Shown here piece by piece: positions 12,383 through 23,985 of a stretch of 64,000 nucleotides of DNA. Every line of letters starts with the position of its first letter. The stretch's first letter is position 1. This stretch comes from Sphyrna mokarran (lineage: Eukaryota), in the NCBI GenBank assembly GCA_024679065.1, contig JAGIQG010000003.1:35588001-35652000 (forward strand). The letters are read 5' to 3'. The notes under the pieces are model-generated. The model made no database searches, was not told where the DNA came from, and worked only from the letters and a program-made list of their open reading frames with translations. The position numbers were made by a program, and so were the translations under genes.

Positions 12383-13197
12383 CCCTATCCCCTCTGCCTT
12401 CAGCCCGCAATTTCAGGTTCACAGCATTATTTTGCTGCATTTCCCAGGCATAGGTCTGCCTCAAAAGGATCATATGCCTCGGAGGCAAGGAAGCAAAGCC
12501 AACTAGTACAGACCTGCAGTCTGCAGCAGCTGCAATGTCAGTCAGTCTATACATCGCAGTCAGCTGAACTTTGGCTAAAAAAAAATGCCATGCAACACCT
12601 GCAAAACAAGGCTATTCATCTGTATTTACAGATTAAATGTTGCTTCTCAAACCCTCCAACTTGAAGGGACTGGGTGCAATGACCAAGGCCCATTTATTGT
12701 CACTGCACCTTAATAGAATATTTAGCATGTGAACAGGAGACACTGGGTTGTCATTTTCACTGTAATTTCAATGCAGTGTTAATGTAAGCCTACTTGTGAC
12801 ACAAATAAATAATCCTTAAACCTTTTCCTCTGTGTCTCTAACCTGGAGTTGTGAGACTTTGTACTTTACATAGGATTCCTGTGCTTGCTGTAAGTGTCCC
12901 CAGTTCCTTTGGGGGAACTATCAGGATTTACATAGCTAAAACAAGCATGGTAATGCTAATAGAAAGACAAAGTGAAAATTCAGTTTGGAATATACGTGCT
13001 GCCTTTGAAGTCAACAGTGAAAACATTAGACATCCAATAAACAAGTTAAAATCTTTTGCTTCTAGCATGGAGCTCTGTTCCCTGGGATTGCAGGCTGTGA
13101 AATGATAATGTCCATTAGCGCCACTACAATGAGAGATTTTTCTTATTGAGCAATTTAAATATGCATGTCTGACTGACAATCAACTCAATTCTCTCTT

Positions 13198-13495
13198 CAT
13201 AGTATTTATAGTGCAGAGGCAGACCATTTGGCCCATGCAGTATGAAACAACAAGATTCTATCCCCACAACCCTTTATATTTGCCCTCCTCATCCCCTGAC
13301 ACGAAAGAGCAATTTAGCATGGCCAATCAACTTAACCTACAAATCTTTGGACTGTGAGAGGAAACTGGAACACCTTGAGGAAACCCATGCAGATATGGGA
13401 AGAACATGCAAATTCCACACACACTCACCCGAGGCCAGAACTGAACCATGTCCCTGGTGCTGTGAGACAGCAGTGCTAACCACTATGCCATGCTC
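13198..13495 (-). mobile_element. HE1-type V-SINE
   Basis: Reverse complement of head, V-domain (ctttggactgtgagaggaaactggaacacc) and tail. Confidence 0.85.
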
Positions 13496-14204
13496 AGCAC
13501 TATCCACCTCTCCAATCTTCCCTTGACAATCAACTTCTTTCACTCACCCTGCTAAGAAGAAATTCAGGTTGCTACCCTTCATCCACACTCCCTTTTCCCT
13601 TCCTCTCTTAAGACAAACTGTGGCTTCTACCTTGCCACGATCTAATGTCCTGCCTCCCCCTCACTGCAATCTCCAGACAATCCCTCAAAACTTCCTTAGC
13701 CATTGACTTTTTGTAGCTCCCTTCAGTGAGGGAAAGAAAATCAACATATTTCTCCCACCATGTTAAGATTAAAACTTTCCCTCTGCTCCTTTCTAACCCC
13801 TGCACTACTGAGGAGAAAACCAGTGCTCTACCACCTAATCCCCACCCTGCATGAAAGCAAAAATTGGCTCCAAGCTAGAGCAGCGTCCCCACCCCTGTAT
13901 GATGAAAATTAACTTTGCTTCACAGCACACTGCTTCATTGAGAAGAAAATCAGCTTTTGGCCGAGGGCCACCTATTCTTTCCCGATACCCTTTGTGAGCT
14001 TCCTGGCCTATCACAACTATTTTTCTCCTTCTCTTTTCCTCTTCACCCTCCTGCAATTATGTGAAAGATGACCCATTGCCCCCATCTTCACTTTGAAGAA
14101 AATAATGCAGTGCAACCCACTCTTACTGCCCCAACTGACTTCTTTTCCCTCTCTCCCAGTTCCTACCTCCTTCCCATCTGCCTGCCTCACCTCACTCTGC
14201 GTCT

Positions 14205-14398
14205 ACTTATAATCAGAGGAGAAGGAGGCCATGCAGTCCATCAAGTCTGCTCCGATTCTCTGAAAGGGTGTCTTACCAGATCCACCCCTCTGCATAACCC
14301 CCATGTTTATCCAGCTTCTCCCCCTAACCTGTAGATCTTTAGACACTAAGCGACAATTTAGCATGGCAAATCCACGTAAATTGCACATCTTTGGATTT
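14205..14398 (-). mobile_element. HE1-type V-SINE, 3' half
   Basis: gaaggaggccatgcagtccatcaagtctgctccg ... caatttagcatggc ... gcacatctttgga. Confidence 0.75.
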
Positions 14399-15969
14399 CC
14401 CATGTCCACTCCTCCACATGCTCTCCCAACTTCTACTCTCCATCTATGCCTGAATGCAGTTATTCAGCCCATCTTCAAGCTTTGCTTGTCACCAGTGCTA
14501 AAACTAATCTCGACTAATCTAATGTTGCTGTTCAAACAATGCAGCTGGCTTCGTCAATGTAACTTCGCCGAGTTACATTGTGCATAATGTCTGGATTCAA
14601 TAATTATATGACTGCAGTATTCTGTTTCCAATGCACACATCTTAAGTGTTTGCAGAGAGCAAGCAGCAGGAATTAATTTTTTTTTGCAGTTGGTAAACAA
14701 TTTCATCAGCCTCTGTGGGTGATCAATGCTACATTCAGTCAAGCGACAGCTGCAGTCAATATTTTAGCAATGAGAATTCAGACATAAAGTTATCTATCAA
14801 GACACTATGGGGTATAAATCTGCTTTTGTAAAAAGAATGCTAGTTATGTATGATCAGGGTAGTGGGAGGTCCAATGCACCCACAGGACAGTAAAATCAAT
14901 CTTCAGCTACAACAGGCACATATGGGACATTTCTTCTGATGCAATTAAGTATATTCCACCAGTGGGAAAGGATAATGTATGACTGAGGCCAGATGTTGAC
15001 ACCATAAGGGTCTATAGTATTCACCTAACAAAATATAAGGTGATTTTATACTCCCAGCAGTATTTATCACAGGCAATTCCTTCAAGATAAAAAGGTCAAA
15101 TTTGCATAAAAAGTAAATTAATATTTTAAATAAAATAGGAGGGCAGTAGTGGGCAACCTTATATGGAAAAAAATCATTTATAGCACAGGCATGGTGCTGC
15201 ATATCAAGTAACTGCCTTCAACTATATACATTACCTGGCCTTTTGTTGTACGCATTTTTAAAGAAAATGAACAATGAATATTAATAAACATAAATTAATT
15301 CTCTAGTTTGGGCTCAGATGAAAGAACTCAATCTTTTAGCTTTACTGAAATCCTACGTTTTACAAATTGTAAAATGAACTTCCAACCATTAAATTACCAT
15401 CAGCAACTAGCAATTTCCGTGATTTATTTACCTTGTGTACACTGGTTTGGAAAAACAAAAGTGGTATCACGGTAATGCCATTCAGAGAGAAGACATTTCA
15501 TACGACTTTCAACAGCCAGCTTTTTTGTAATGGTAGTGATGATAGCAAACTGTCAGCATGAAACCTTCATTACTCCTCTGAAATCTATAGCCGTCTATAG
15601 TCCACACATGCACACTTAACCATGGAAATCCAGAAAATGCTATCCGTGATTCTACATTTCTCAAATGAACAGGGCTGTGAAAGTTCCTCCAGCGAACTCT
15701 GGAGTTCCTCATGAAAACTTTCTATTTTACATTAATTTACCACAGTAACAACTTTTGAAAAAATTATACCTTGTCTAATGAAACATTTCTTAATACTGAA
15801 CTAAGTTAATAATTATAGCTGATAAACTTCTCTGGCCCTGAAAAAAATAATTTTATATTTGTGAAATGCCAAAAATATTTATTTTAAGCTTAGTTATGAA
15901 ATGTTAGCTTTTATTTTAATCCTAAAAGCATTCCCCAAACATTTCCTTCATTTTTGTGAACAACATGAA

Positions 15970-16255
15970 TAGCACGGTAGCACAGAGGTTAGCACTACAT
16001 ACTTACAGCACCAGGGACCTAGGTTCAATTCCAACTTGGGTCACTGTTTGAGAACAGTCTGCATGTTCTGCCTGTGTCTGTGTGGGTTTCCTCCAGGTGC
16101 CCCAGTTTTCTCCCACAGTCTGAAAGATGTGCTTGGCTATGTTAAATTCTCCCTCAGTGTACCCAAACAGGTGCTGGAGTGTGGTGACTAGGAGATGTTC
16201 ACAATAACTTCATTGCAGTGTTAATGTAAGCCTACTTGTGACACCAATAAATCAA
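15970..16255 (+). mobile_element. V-SINE, subfamily with alternative tail
   Basis: Same head and V-domain as HE1, but the tail is ...taacttcattgcagtgttaatgtaagcctacttgtgacaccaataaat. Confidence 0.8.
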
Positions 16256-16607
16256 CATTAAATGTGAAGAATATCATTTCATTTTACTTCTCGATTTGCT
16301 ATCTATCAGAATACTTTGATGTGATTGGCCCGTACTTGACGACTTGGGTATGTTAAGATCTGTTTGACTTGGTACCTGATTCAAATTCTTGTAGGGAAAG
16401 GGGAAGTTGACACTATAGAGGTGGTTGGTTCTTTGTGAGCAGCTTTCTTCAAGATCAGCAGCCAATACCATCACTTAGCCGATGATCACAAAATTCGGCC
16501 TTCTAACGATGAGGCCTTGGCATTAATCGGACACGATGATGCACATCATCAGACAAAATTCTGTTTTGTGTTTTCACAATTGTACTTCTTCAAAGAATGT
16601 TCCACAC

Positions 16608-17470
16608 ATCTCAGCTTGGGTCACTATTTGTGTGAAGTTTGCACATTCTCCCCGTGGGTTTCCTCTGGGTGCTCCAGTTTTCTCCCATTATCCAAAGATG
16701 TGAGGGTTAGGTGGATTGGCGATGCTAAATTGACCCTTAGTGTCTCAGGGTGTGATAACTTAGAGGGATTAGAACATAGAACATGGAACATTACAACGCA
16801 GAACAGGCCCTTCGGCCTTTGATGTTGCGCCGACCAATTAAGAAAAAGCAATGACCCTCTAGCCTAAATCATTCCCTTTTCATCCATAAACGTATCTATT
16901 AACCTCTTAAACGCTGCCAAACTTGGCGCATCTACAACTGCAGCAGGCAGGGCATTCCATACCCTTACCACCCTCTGGGTAAAGAACCTACCTCTGACAT
17001 CTGTCCTATAACTACCACCCCTTAATTTAAAGCTATGTCCCCTCGTGCTAGCTTTCTCCATCCTAGGAAAAATCCTAGTGAGGCTGAGGGATTTGAGGTT
17101 GTTTTCGTTAGAAAGAAGGCGGCTAAGAGGAGACCTTATTGAACATATATAAGATGATTAGAGGTTTAGATAGGGTGGACGGCTATCAATGTCCACCCTA
17201 TCTAAACCTCTAATCATCTTATATGTTTCAATAAGGTCTCCTCTTAGCCGCCTTCTTTCTAACGAAAACAACCTCAAATCCCTCAGCCTCTCTTCATAAG
17301 ACTTGCCCTTCATACCAGGCAACATCCTGGTAAACCTCCTCTGTACCCTCTCCAATGCCTCTAATTACTAGAGTAGTTAAGCAGGGATAGGGTCTGAGTG
17401 GGATTGGTGTCGGTGCAGTCTTGATGGAGTGAATGGTCTTCTTCTGCACTATAGATATTCTACTCTATTC
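16608..17470 (+). mobile_element. HE1-type V-SINE (5'-truncated) split by a CR1 insertion
   Basis: SINE body at 16608-16772 resumes at about 17365 (cagggatagggtctgagtgggattgg...ctgcactatagatattct). Confidence 0.8.
16772..17362 (-). mobile_element. Young CR1/HER1 LINE 3' end with an internal inverted duplication
   Basis: Minus-strand ORFs ERVQRRFTRMLPGMKGKSYEERLRDLRLFSLERRRLRGDLIETYKM and TRGHSFKLRGGSYRTDVRGRFFTQRVVRVWNALP are the CR1 ORF2 C-terminus. It ends in a (ttctatg)-type tail. Confidence 0.92.
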
Positions 17471-18740
17471 TTCTTATTAAATGCAATTTATGTCACGCAG
17501 CAGTGAAAAATTTATGCCAAGAAAGCATGTGATCTATATAATCTGTTTGAACAGGGATTTATTTCAACAAAATAGCTGAATATCGTGTATTCAAATGAAG
17601 ACAATAGATTCAGCAGTGTCCTTTGTTTGGAAAAAGGAGTTAAACAACAAAAAAATCCAGTGGTGCTGTACATGGTATGACAGGCGAAGCCGAATAAAAA
17701 GGATTTCCAGATATTTCTCTTTGGCTAGAACTGTCCCACCCTGGAATTATTGCAGATTTTCTCAAAGCAACACAAAAGCTGTATAGAATGAGACCAAAAC
17801 CTCTGGCTGCCTTGCAAAAGTTGCCTTTATATTTAGTATACATCACCAGGTCATTTTTCTCTTCAAATAAGCACACCTGTCTTTCTTTCTATTGTTTCAT
17901 CACACTGTAGATAAAGCCAGAGGACTTTGATCTTTTTCCATAATGTGGTAGATTTTCCTTTTCACTGCCTAGGTGGTGGTCTGGTGGGACACCACCTAGA
18001 TGATGAAGGCAAAGCTCCACCCTAGTGCGTGTCAAAGTCAACATGCTCGATCACATCCCATGTAAATAGATGGTGACATGAAAGAAAGTTTAAAATGTCT
18101 GATTGACTGATCATTGCTTGCTACTGCTTACTTGTACTGAAAATTCTAACACAGTCATTCTTGCAGAGATAATCTGTGAAATTAGATTGGGTTGTGTAAA
18201 TCACATCAGGACCAGCAGAACAATCTGTCTCATCATTTGCATTTGATGTGCGTACTAAAATCATGAAAGTGAATATCAATCTTCACTCAAAGAAATCTTT
18301 GTCTATTACTTGCAGTATAGACGTATGCCAGAAGTAAACTTGTAAATGTTTCTTTTATTAAAAGATGCATTTGTTTTGTTCATCCTAATTAAATAAGCTG
18401 AAAGTGCTGCTGAGGTATCCTGTAACTCTGAACACTGTCATCAGGGTTTTCTCTGAGTCAAGCTAACACGGGAGCTCTTTGAAAATGGCCACCAGAATTG
18501 CAGGGGTTTCTGATTTTCAAGAGTTTCTGCCTTTGAAGAGTGCAGGCTAATTCAAGTCAAAAGCATGGGCCCTGCACACCCAACCTGGCCGACTCAACTG
18601 AATGTCCGAGTCCTTTGCAACTTTCATGAAGTTGAGCCACTTTTTCAGTGGGTCATGAGCACCTCTCAGGTGGATGATAGACTGCATGACGGGAACTTTT
18701 AAAAGGTAGGTTCAAAATGTCCTCCTCATGCCCCTGACCC

Positions 18741-18895
18741 CATTGCTATGGATCTGGAGTCACATGTAGGCCAGATCAGGTAAAGATGGCAGATTTCCTT
18801 CCCGAAAGAACAGCAATGCCGTTAACTCTTAAATGCCCTCAGGGATGGCAATAAATTCTGGCCCAACCAGCAATGCCCATATCCTATGAATATTA
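18741..18895. mobile_element. tRNA-SINE fragment (MetaSINE/SlmI-like core) with a 5' inversion
   Basis: 18741-18812 is the reverse complement of the core (ggaaggaaatctgcc...tggcctacatgtgactccaga), while 18811-18895 is the forward 3' part. Same family as 61460-61642 and 62238-62530. Confidence 0.65.
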
Positions 18896-19691
18896 AGAAA
18901 ATTTTAAGGATATCCAGCTTCAATGTACACAAGTTATTTAAGGCAGAGTAACAAGCTATATAAGACATATTTGGAACACGCGTGCACAACTTAGGACATC
19001 TTACTTTAAGAAGCTAATGAAGTATTTTGGGTTAGTCAATAATATATTTTGGGGTGTAACTTTTAAGAATCAAAGGAAACCTAATACAGATTTATCTTCT
19101 TGGATATTTACTTTGGTTTTATTGACTTCCTCAGGAGACTAAATGGACTGGGTTAAGCTCAAGTCAGAACAAACTTCACATGTCACAGAGTCTGTGGAAG
19201 AAATGGACTTGGTTGGCTCAATAGTCTCTTTTAATCTATGGTGTATTTTTCATATGAATCAGAACTTGTTAGAAAATCTAATTTCCCTACCAAAAACCAT
19301 AACATGTATTTTTATTTTCTGGTAATTATCCGTTTATTTTGTGTTGGCAGATATTCTGAAAGCAAACTATGGCCAAAGCTTCTTAGACTGGGGAATCTGC
19401 ATCCATCAAATACATACACATAACAAATCTCATTCATCACTTACAGAGTCCTTTTCGAAACAAGAGCATTCTCAATTTCCAGCATAATTTAGGTTCCAAA
19501 GGACTGCACAGCCAGTTAATAACCTGCCTACTGAAGTCTAAACCAATTTTCTGACAGATTTTCCCATCCATTTTATCAATAGATTCTATTGAAACATTTG
19601 GTGCAAAAGCTGCAGCCAGCTTTGAGAAAGGAACATGAGAAAATCTGGAATGGGAGAGGCATTCCTGATCATTCAGTTTATTAGGCTATAA

Positions 19692-19995
19692 GGGCGGCAT
19701 GGTGATACAATGGCTAGCATTGCTGCCTCACAGCTCCAGGGACCTGAATTCAATTCTGGTCTACATAGAATTTGCATGTTCTCCCCGTGTCTGTGTGGAT
19801 TTCCTCTAAGTGCTCTGGTTCCCTCCCACAGTCCAAACTTGTGCAGGTTAGATTGAATGGCCATGCTAAATTGCCTCTAATATCAGGGAGAGTAAGATAA
19901 ATAGATGGGGTTACAGGGATAGAACCTGGGTGGGATTGTTGTTGGTGTAGGGTCAATGGCCCAAATTGTCTCATTCCACACTACAGGGATTCTTC
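19692..19995 (+). mobile_element. HE1-type V-SINE
   Basis: gggcggcatggtg head, V-domain, and tail ending ctacagggattc. Confidence 0.85.
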
Positions 19996-20427
19996 TGTGA
20001 ATGTTCTGCCCTGTCATGGACTACCGTGACATATCTTCTAAAAGGTTTCTGCAAAACCTTATATTGTCACACTCAGAAATAAATTAATCAGCACTTGAAA
20101 ATAATGATTTAATCATTCTTACTACATAATTCATTCAGTTGCAGCTGCATTCCTAAGCATTATGTTCCTGTGGTGCCAATTGTTCAGGTAAGAACAAGTT
20201 TTATGATCCAATGTTTTTCAATACTTTTAGACCTAAACAAAGCCATATCAATGACTTAGCCCATGATTCATCAATTGTTCAGGAGAAGGAATTAAGAAAG
20301 ATTAGGATAACTAATGAGAAATAACGATGCAACTAGCTGAAAAAAAGAATTTAAAATTAGCGTAAACATTTGTTGCATATACTGCATGTTTACAAAGTCC
20401 ACTCAAGTGAAGCCATAATTAACAGAT

Positions 20428-20557
20428 GGGCTAAGGTTTTCCGGTTATTCGCTGTCGTTGCCAATGAGAATGGAGAATTTGGCATTCAGCCTAACCTCCC
20501 TTCACTGCAGCCAGACAGAAGAATCCCGGCTGCGAATGAGGTTGGAGAATCCGGCTC
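20428..20557 (+). mobile_element. Short MITE (about 130 bp)
   Basis: gggctaaggttttccgg ... ggagaatccggctc. Clearly homologous to 46389-46527. Confidence 0.65.
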
Positions 20558-20587
20558 ATAAGTTTGGCTTCATTTGGATATGACATG

Positions 20588-20895
20588 GGGGCATCACTGT
20601 GGCACAGTGATTAGCACTACTGCTTCACAAAGCCGGGGATCAAAGTTCAATTCCAGGCTCAGATGTCTATCCGTGTGGAGTTCGCACATTCGCCGCCTGT
20701 CTGTGTGAGTTTCCTCTGGATGCTCCAGTTTCCTCCCACAATCCAAAGATATGTGGGTTAAGTTGATTGGCCATGCTAAATTGACGTTTACTATCAGGAG
20801 ATTAGAATGGTAATGGCTTGGGTGGGATTGTTGGTGGTGCAGGCTCGATGCACCGAATGGCATCCTTCTTCACTGTAGGGATTCAAAGATTCTCT
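20588..20895 (+). mobile_element. HE1-type V-SINE
   Basis: cagtgattagcactactgcttcaca head, V-domain, and tail cactgtagggattc. Confidence 0.85.
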
Positions 20896-21888
20896 GCAGT
20901 CTAAACCATTGTCACTTGCTTCCGAACCAAAACGTACACAGCATAACATTCCAAACACAACTTTCAGCTCGGCTAAGTTTTTACTTATTCCAGTTGTGAA
21001 ACTCTGGGAGAAACAATCTTGTGGTGGGGACTGGGGTCTCAGCTACCAGCTAGCAAGCAGGAAAGATATCATAACCCCTGCCACATTTTGTGCCACTCAG
21101 GCACTTGACAGGCCAATTGTGAGCTTTTCTCTGGAGTCAAGAGTCCAAACCTAGAGCTGCTGGCCAACCTGAGGCCAGCAGTTTTCTGTACTCAGCAGCA
21201 CCAGATGATGGCTGCTTCCGGTATTACACCCAATGAAAGTTTCAGATCAAGAAGGGCTCCAGGAACAAATGAGTGAACACAGGGAGGGAGGTGACAGGAA
21301 GCAGGTCATAGGAGAGGGAGAAATGTAGCGGGTGTTTCTAAGTGGGTGATCCCTTTCTAACTGGCCCCTCGATCAGGCACTGAGTGTCTTTGAATAAGGA
21401 TCTCGGGAGCCCTCAATCAAAAATGCCCTGGTTTGCTTGTCCTGCCCTCCACATGATGAGCCTCCTGCTTGTCATAGCACTAATACCAGCAGCAACAGGT
21501 TAAGTGCACTTTAATTCCCAGCTAAAAGGGCTTCAGTTAGTAATGGGATGGTAAGGTTGTCCAAATGCCTACAAGTTCTGGACTTCATTGAGATAAAGGT
21601 AAAGGTGGCAGGGTCCCCATCCATCACCCTTCCCCCCCCCTCCAATTAAATACCCCCAACCCAAATTCATCAGAAGGGAAGGCATAGGATTCTGTATCAA
21701 GATTTGATGTATCTAGTTTCCATCAAATTATTAAATTGTGTGATTTTCTAATGATTATGTTGAGTATTGAAAGGAAACATTCCAAAAAAAAGACCTAAGT
21801 GCCAAGTTGTCATGAGATAGGCAATCTCTAAAACAGTGAAATGAAAAGAGGCAAAAAAATTACCAGCATCACTTGATCATTTTCCTAC

Positions 21889-22564
21889 CTTGGCAAGCTG
21901 TCTCCTTTTCAGCAGGTGGTTCATATCCAGGAGCACAGGTACAAGCTCCAACAGGTACCATCCACTCCCCGTCCCCATTACAATATAGTTTCAGCGGCAC
22001 AGATAGTTCGATAGCATTACTCAGACAGGTACCAGGAGCAATGACAAGTGACGTAGGTTCTGCTCCAGTAACCGTTTCTGGAAAAACGGCAAAATTTGCG
22101 ATCACAGATGGGCATTTCTTATAGAACACTCGCAGGGAAATGAGTGACATGCACGACCCCAGATCCTGAAATGCTAAATAGAATCCATTCTTGGCCAAAG
22201 GACCAAAGCTTCTGATCTTTGTGTTGACTCGCCCAGTCTCCAGTTTGGAAAAACTCTCATCTGGTGCAATGGTGTCCACTTTCACATAAGGGTTCTCCAT
22301 CCAGAATGGTGTTGACGCTGTTGCTGAGTCTGTGTCAGATTCATAGTAAAATAAATTAAAAGTTTCCTTACAAGAACCTGGGATATTTGGTATGCTGTTG
22401 CAGTCCCGCACAGTGAATTTCATCTCCACATACACTCTCTGAACATCTTTACGTGCTATGTAAGTAGTTCGAAGCCAATTATTCTGGTTTGCTTCCATCA
22501 CATTACAGACCTGGTATGTGCGAATAGGATTTATTGCATCATCGTATCCACTTACTTCTTCCCA
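21889..22564 (-). CDS. EPHB3: EphB3 coding exon 3 (ligand-binding domain plus Cys-rich/sushi region)
   Basis: tttcctttgtccag|TGGGAAGAAGTAAGT...TGCCAAG|gtagga, 676 bp. It encodes WEEVSGYDDAINPIRTYQVCNV...KDVQRVYVEMKFTVRDCNSIPNIPGSCKETFNLFYYE...PFWMENPYVKVDTIAPDESFS...GAEPTSLVIAPGTC...SVPLKLYCNGDGEWMVPVGACTC. The motifs NPIRTY, DVQRVYVE, IAPDESF, GAEPTSLVIAPG and SVPLKLYC match EphB3 rather than EphB1 or EphB2 as I recall them. Confidence 0.95.
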
Positions 22565-22791
22565 CTGGACAAAGGAAACAAATAATATTTGTTGTGACAG
22601 TAAAAAAAAACCCCATCATTTTACAACTGAATATGTTTCTGATATCTATATATTAACTAGAAAGTCAGTAAATTGGGATCAAATGTCTCATATTGTAACA
22701 CTGATAGATGGCATTCTGATCAGTAGCATTCTAAATAATTTAAAATAATCCCTTTGTTGTTACTCAATCCCTATAACATTGCTGATAGCAT

Positions 22792-22895
22792 TCCTATATA
22801 TATTATGACAATTTGTGATACATGTTTTAGTGCCATTCTGCTGTTTCTATGTATATTATGATAATTTGTGATACATGTTTTAGTGTCATTCTGCT
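22792..22895 (+). repeat. 53-bp tandem duplication
   Basis: tattatgacaatttgtgatacatgttttagtgccattctgct starts at 22801 and recurs at 22854 with 2 substitutions. Confidence 0.9.
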
Positions 22896-22949
22896 AAATG
22901 TTATCAAGCATCCAACAAAATATTATCAAGCATCCACCACAATTACTAG

Positions 22950-23985
22950 CCCATGGCACCATTCCAGTGAAGTGCAAACCAAGTTTGAGGAACAGCACCT
23001 CATTGTTCAACAATTTTAGATCATAGGCCAGGATTTTCTCACTCCCCTGTGGTGCATATGGCAAACCATCCAAATCTCCATTGAATTCAACAGGACTGAG
23101 CAATTCCGTTGGTGGAAAGGACCAGAAATTACTATCCAATGGGCAGAATTTTGCTATTTTTTGGCAAAGTGTGAACCCAGTTGGGAAAAGCAGTGTTTAG
23201 CCCTCTGGCTGCACTGCCAGCTTTTGCCGACACATTTTCAAACACATTGCCAAAAACAAAACCAGGAGGCGGATCCCACGAGGTCACATTGGTGGAATAG
23301 ATACATTCAGAGCTCGCTTCGTCAGTAACGGTGGCTCTAAGAATGCCTCAGTGTAAAAAAATAAAAATAGAAATAAGCAAGCAGCCACCCCATCACCATA
23401 GAACATGCTCCTCCATCCCACTCCCCCCTTATAACCACCACGTATCCCTCCCATACTACAACTCAGGGCAGCTCCTCCACAGAATCCCATACCCTGACTA
23501 GTGCTAAGGGCAGTGCCTGAGGAAATGCCAGGTACTATCCAACTATGAATGTTTTGGGACTCCCTCCCCCACCACTCCCCTCCGCCTCCACCCACCACCC
23601 GCCCCCCCCCAATTCTCCACCCCTGCCTCCATTCCTGCCTTGCAAAATCCCCTCGCCATTGTCTATGCCCCATTTTGTTTGCAGTCAGCAGCACACATGG
23701 CCTAGGCACATCTTTCTGTTTCACTATTTTCTTGCATCATCTCCTTTCCCTTTGGCCCTTTAAGACTAATGTTTCTGTCTTCCAATCTCTCCTGTCTTCT
23801 ACCCTATCACAGGTCTTCTCTTTGTCATTGTCCCACCCACCCCTCAACTTTTCTCAGTTCTGATGAAAGGTCATGGACCCAAAATGTTTAATGTTTCACC
23901 CTCCACAGAGGGTAACTTAGTGATTATTTCCAGAATTTTTTGTTTTAATTTCAGATTTTCCACACCCACAGTACTCTACTTTTCA
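22950..23985 (+). mobile_element. Penelope-like element 3' end (GIY-YIG C-terminal remnant, 3' UTR and hammerhead motif), interrupted by MITEs at about 23025-23137 and 23141-23645
   Basis: 22963-23020 encodes SSEVQTKFEEQHLI then FNNFR, resembling the PLE endonuclease end RKLEEQHLIFRLG...NIEFNNFR as I recall it. A pyrimidine-rich UTR follows at 23700-23855, then agttCTGATGAaaGGTCatgGACCcAAAAtgtt at 23856-23888. Confidence 0.65.

Noticed and set aside
13530-14200. Pyrimidine-rich stretch resembling an old L2 endonuclease region
   Set aside because: Too decayed to show a diagnostic motif, so it is not listed as a feature.
1-21888. EphB3 exon 4 (CPPG..K...C..CPPNS...C.C...YRA)
   Set aside because: I searched by eye and in the ORF track and did not find it. 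A short exon could have been missed, so tBLASTn is needed.
21869-22501. The 210-aa ORF as a stand-alone gene
   Set aside because: It is EphB3 exon 3. The true boundaries are the splice sites at 22564 and 21889, and the tail after ETACQ (GRKMIK) is read-through into the intron.
23284-23863. Gly-rich and Pro-rich ORFs
   Set aside because: They come from a low-complexity C-rich tract within nested MITE and Penelope sequence.
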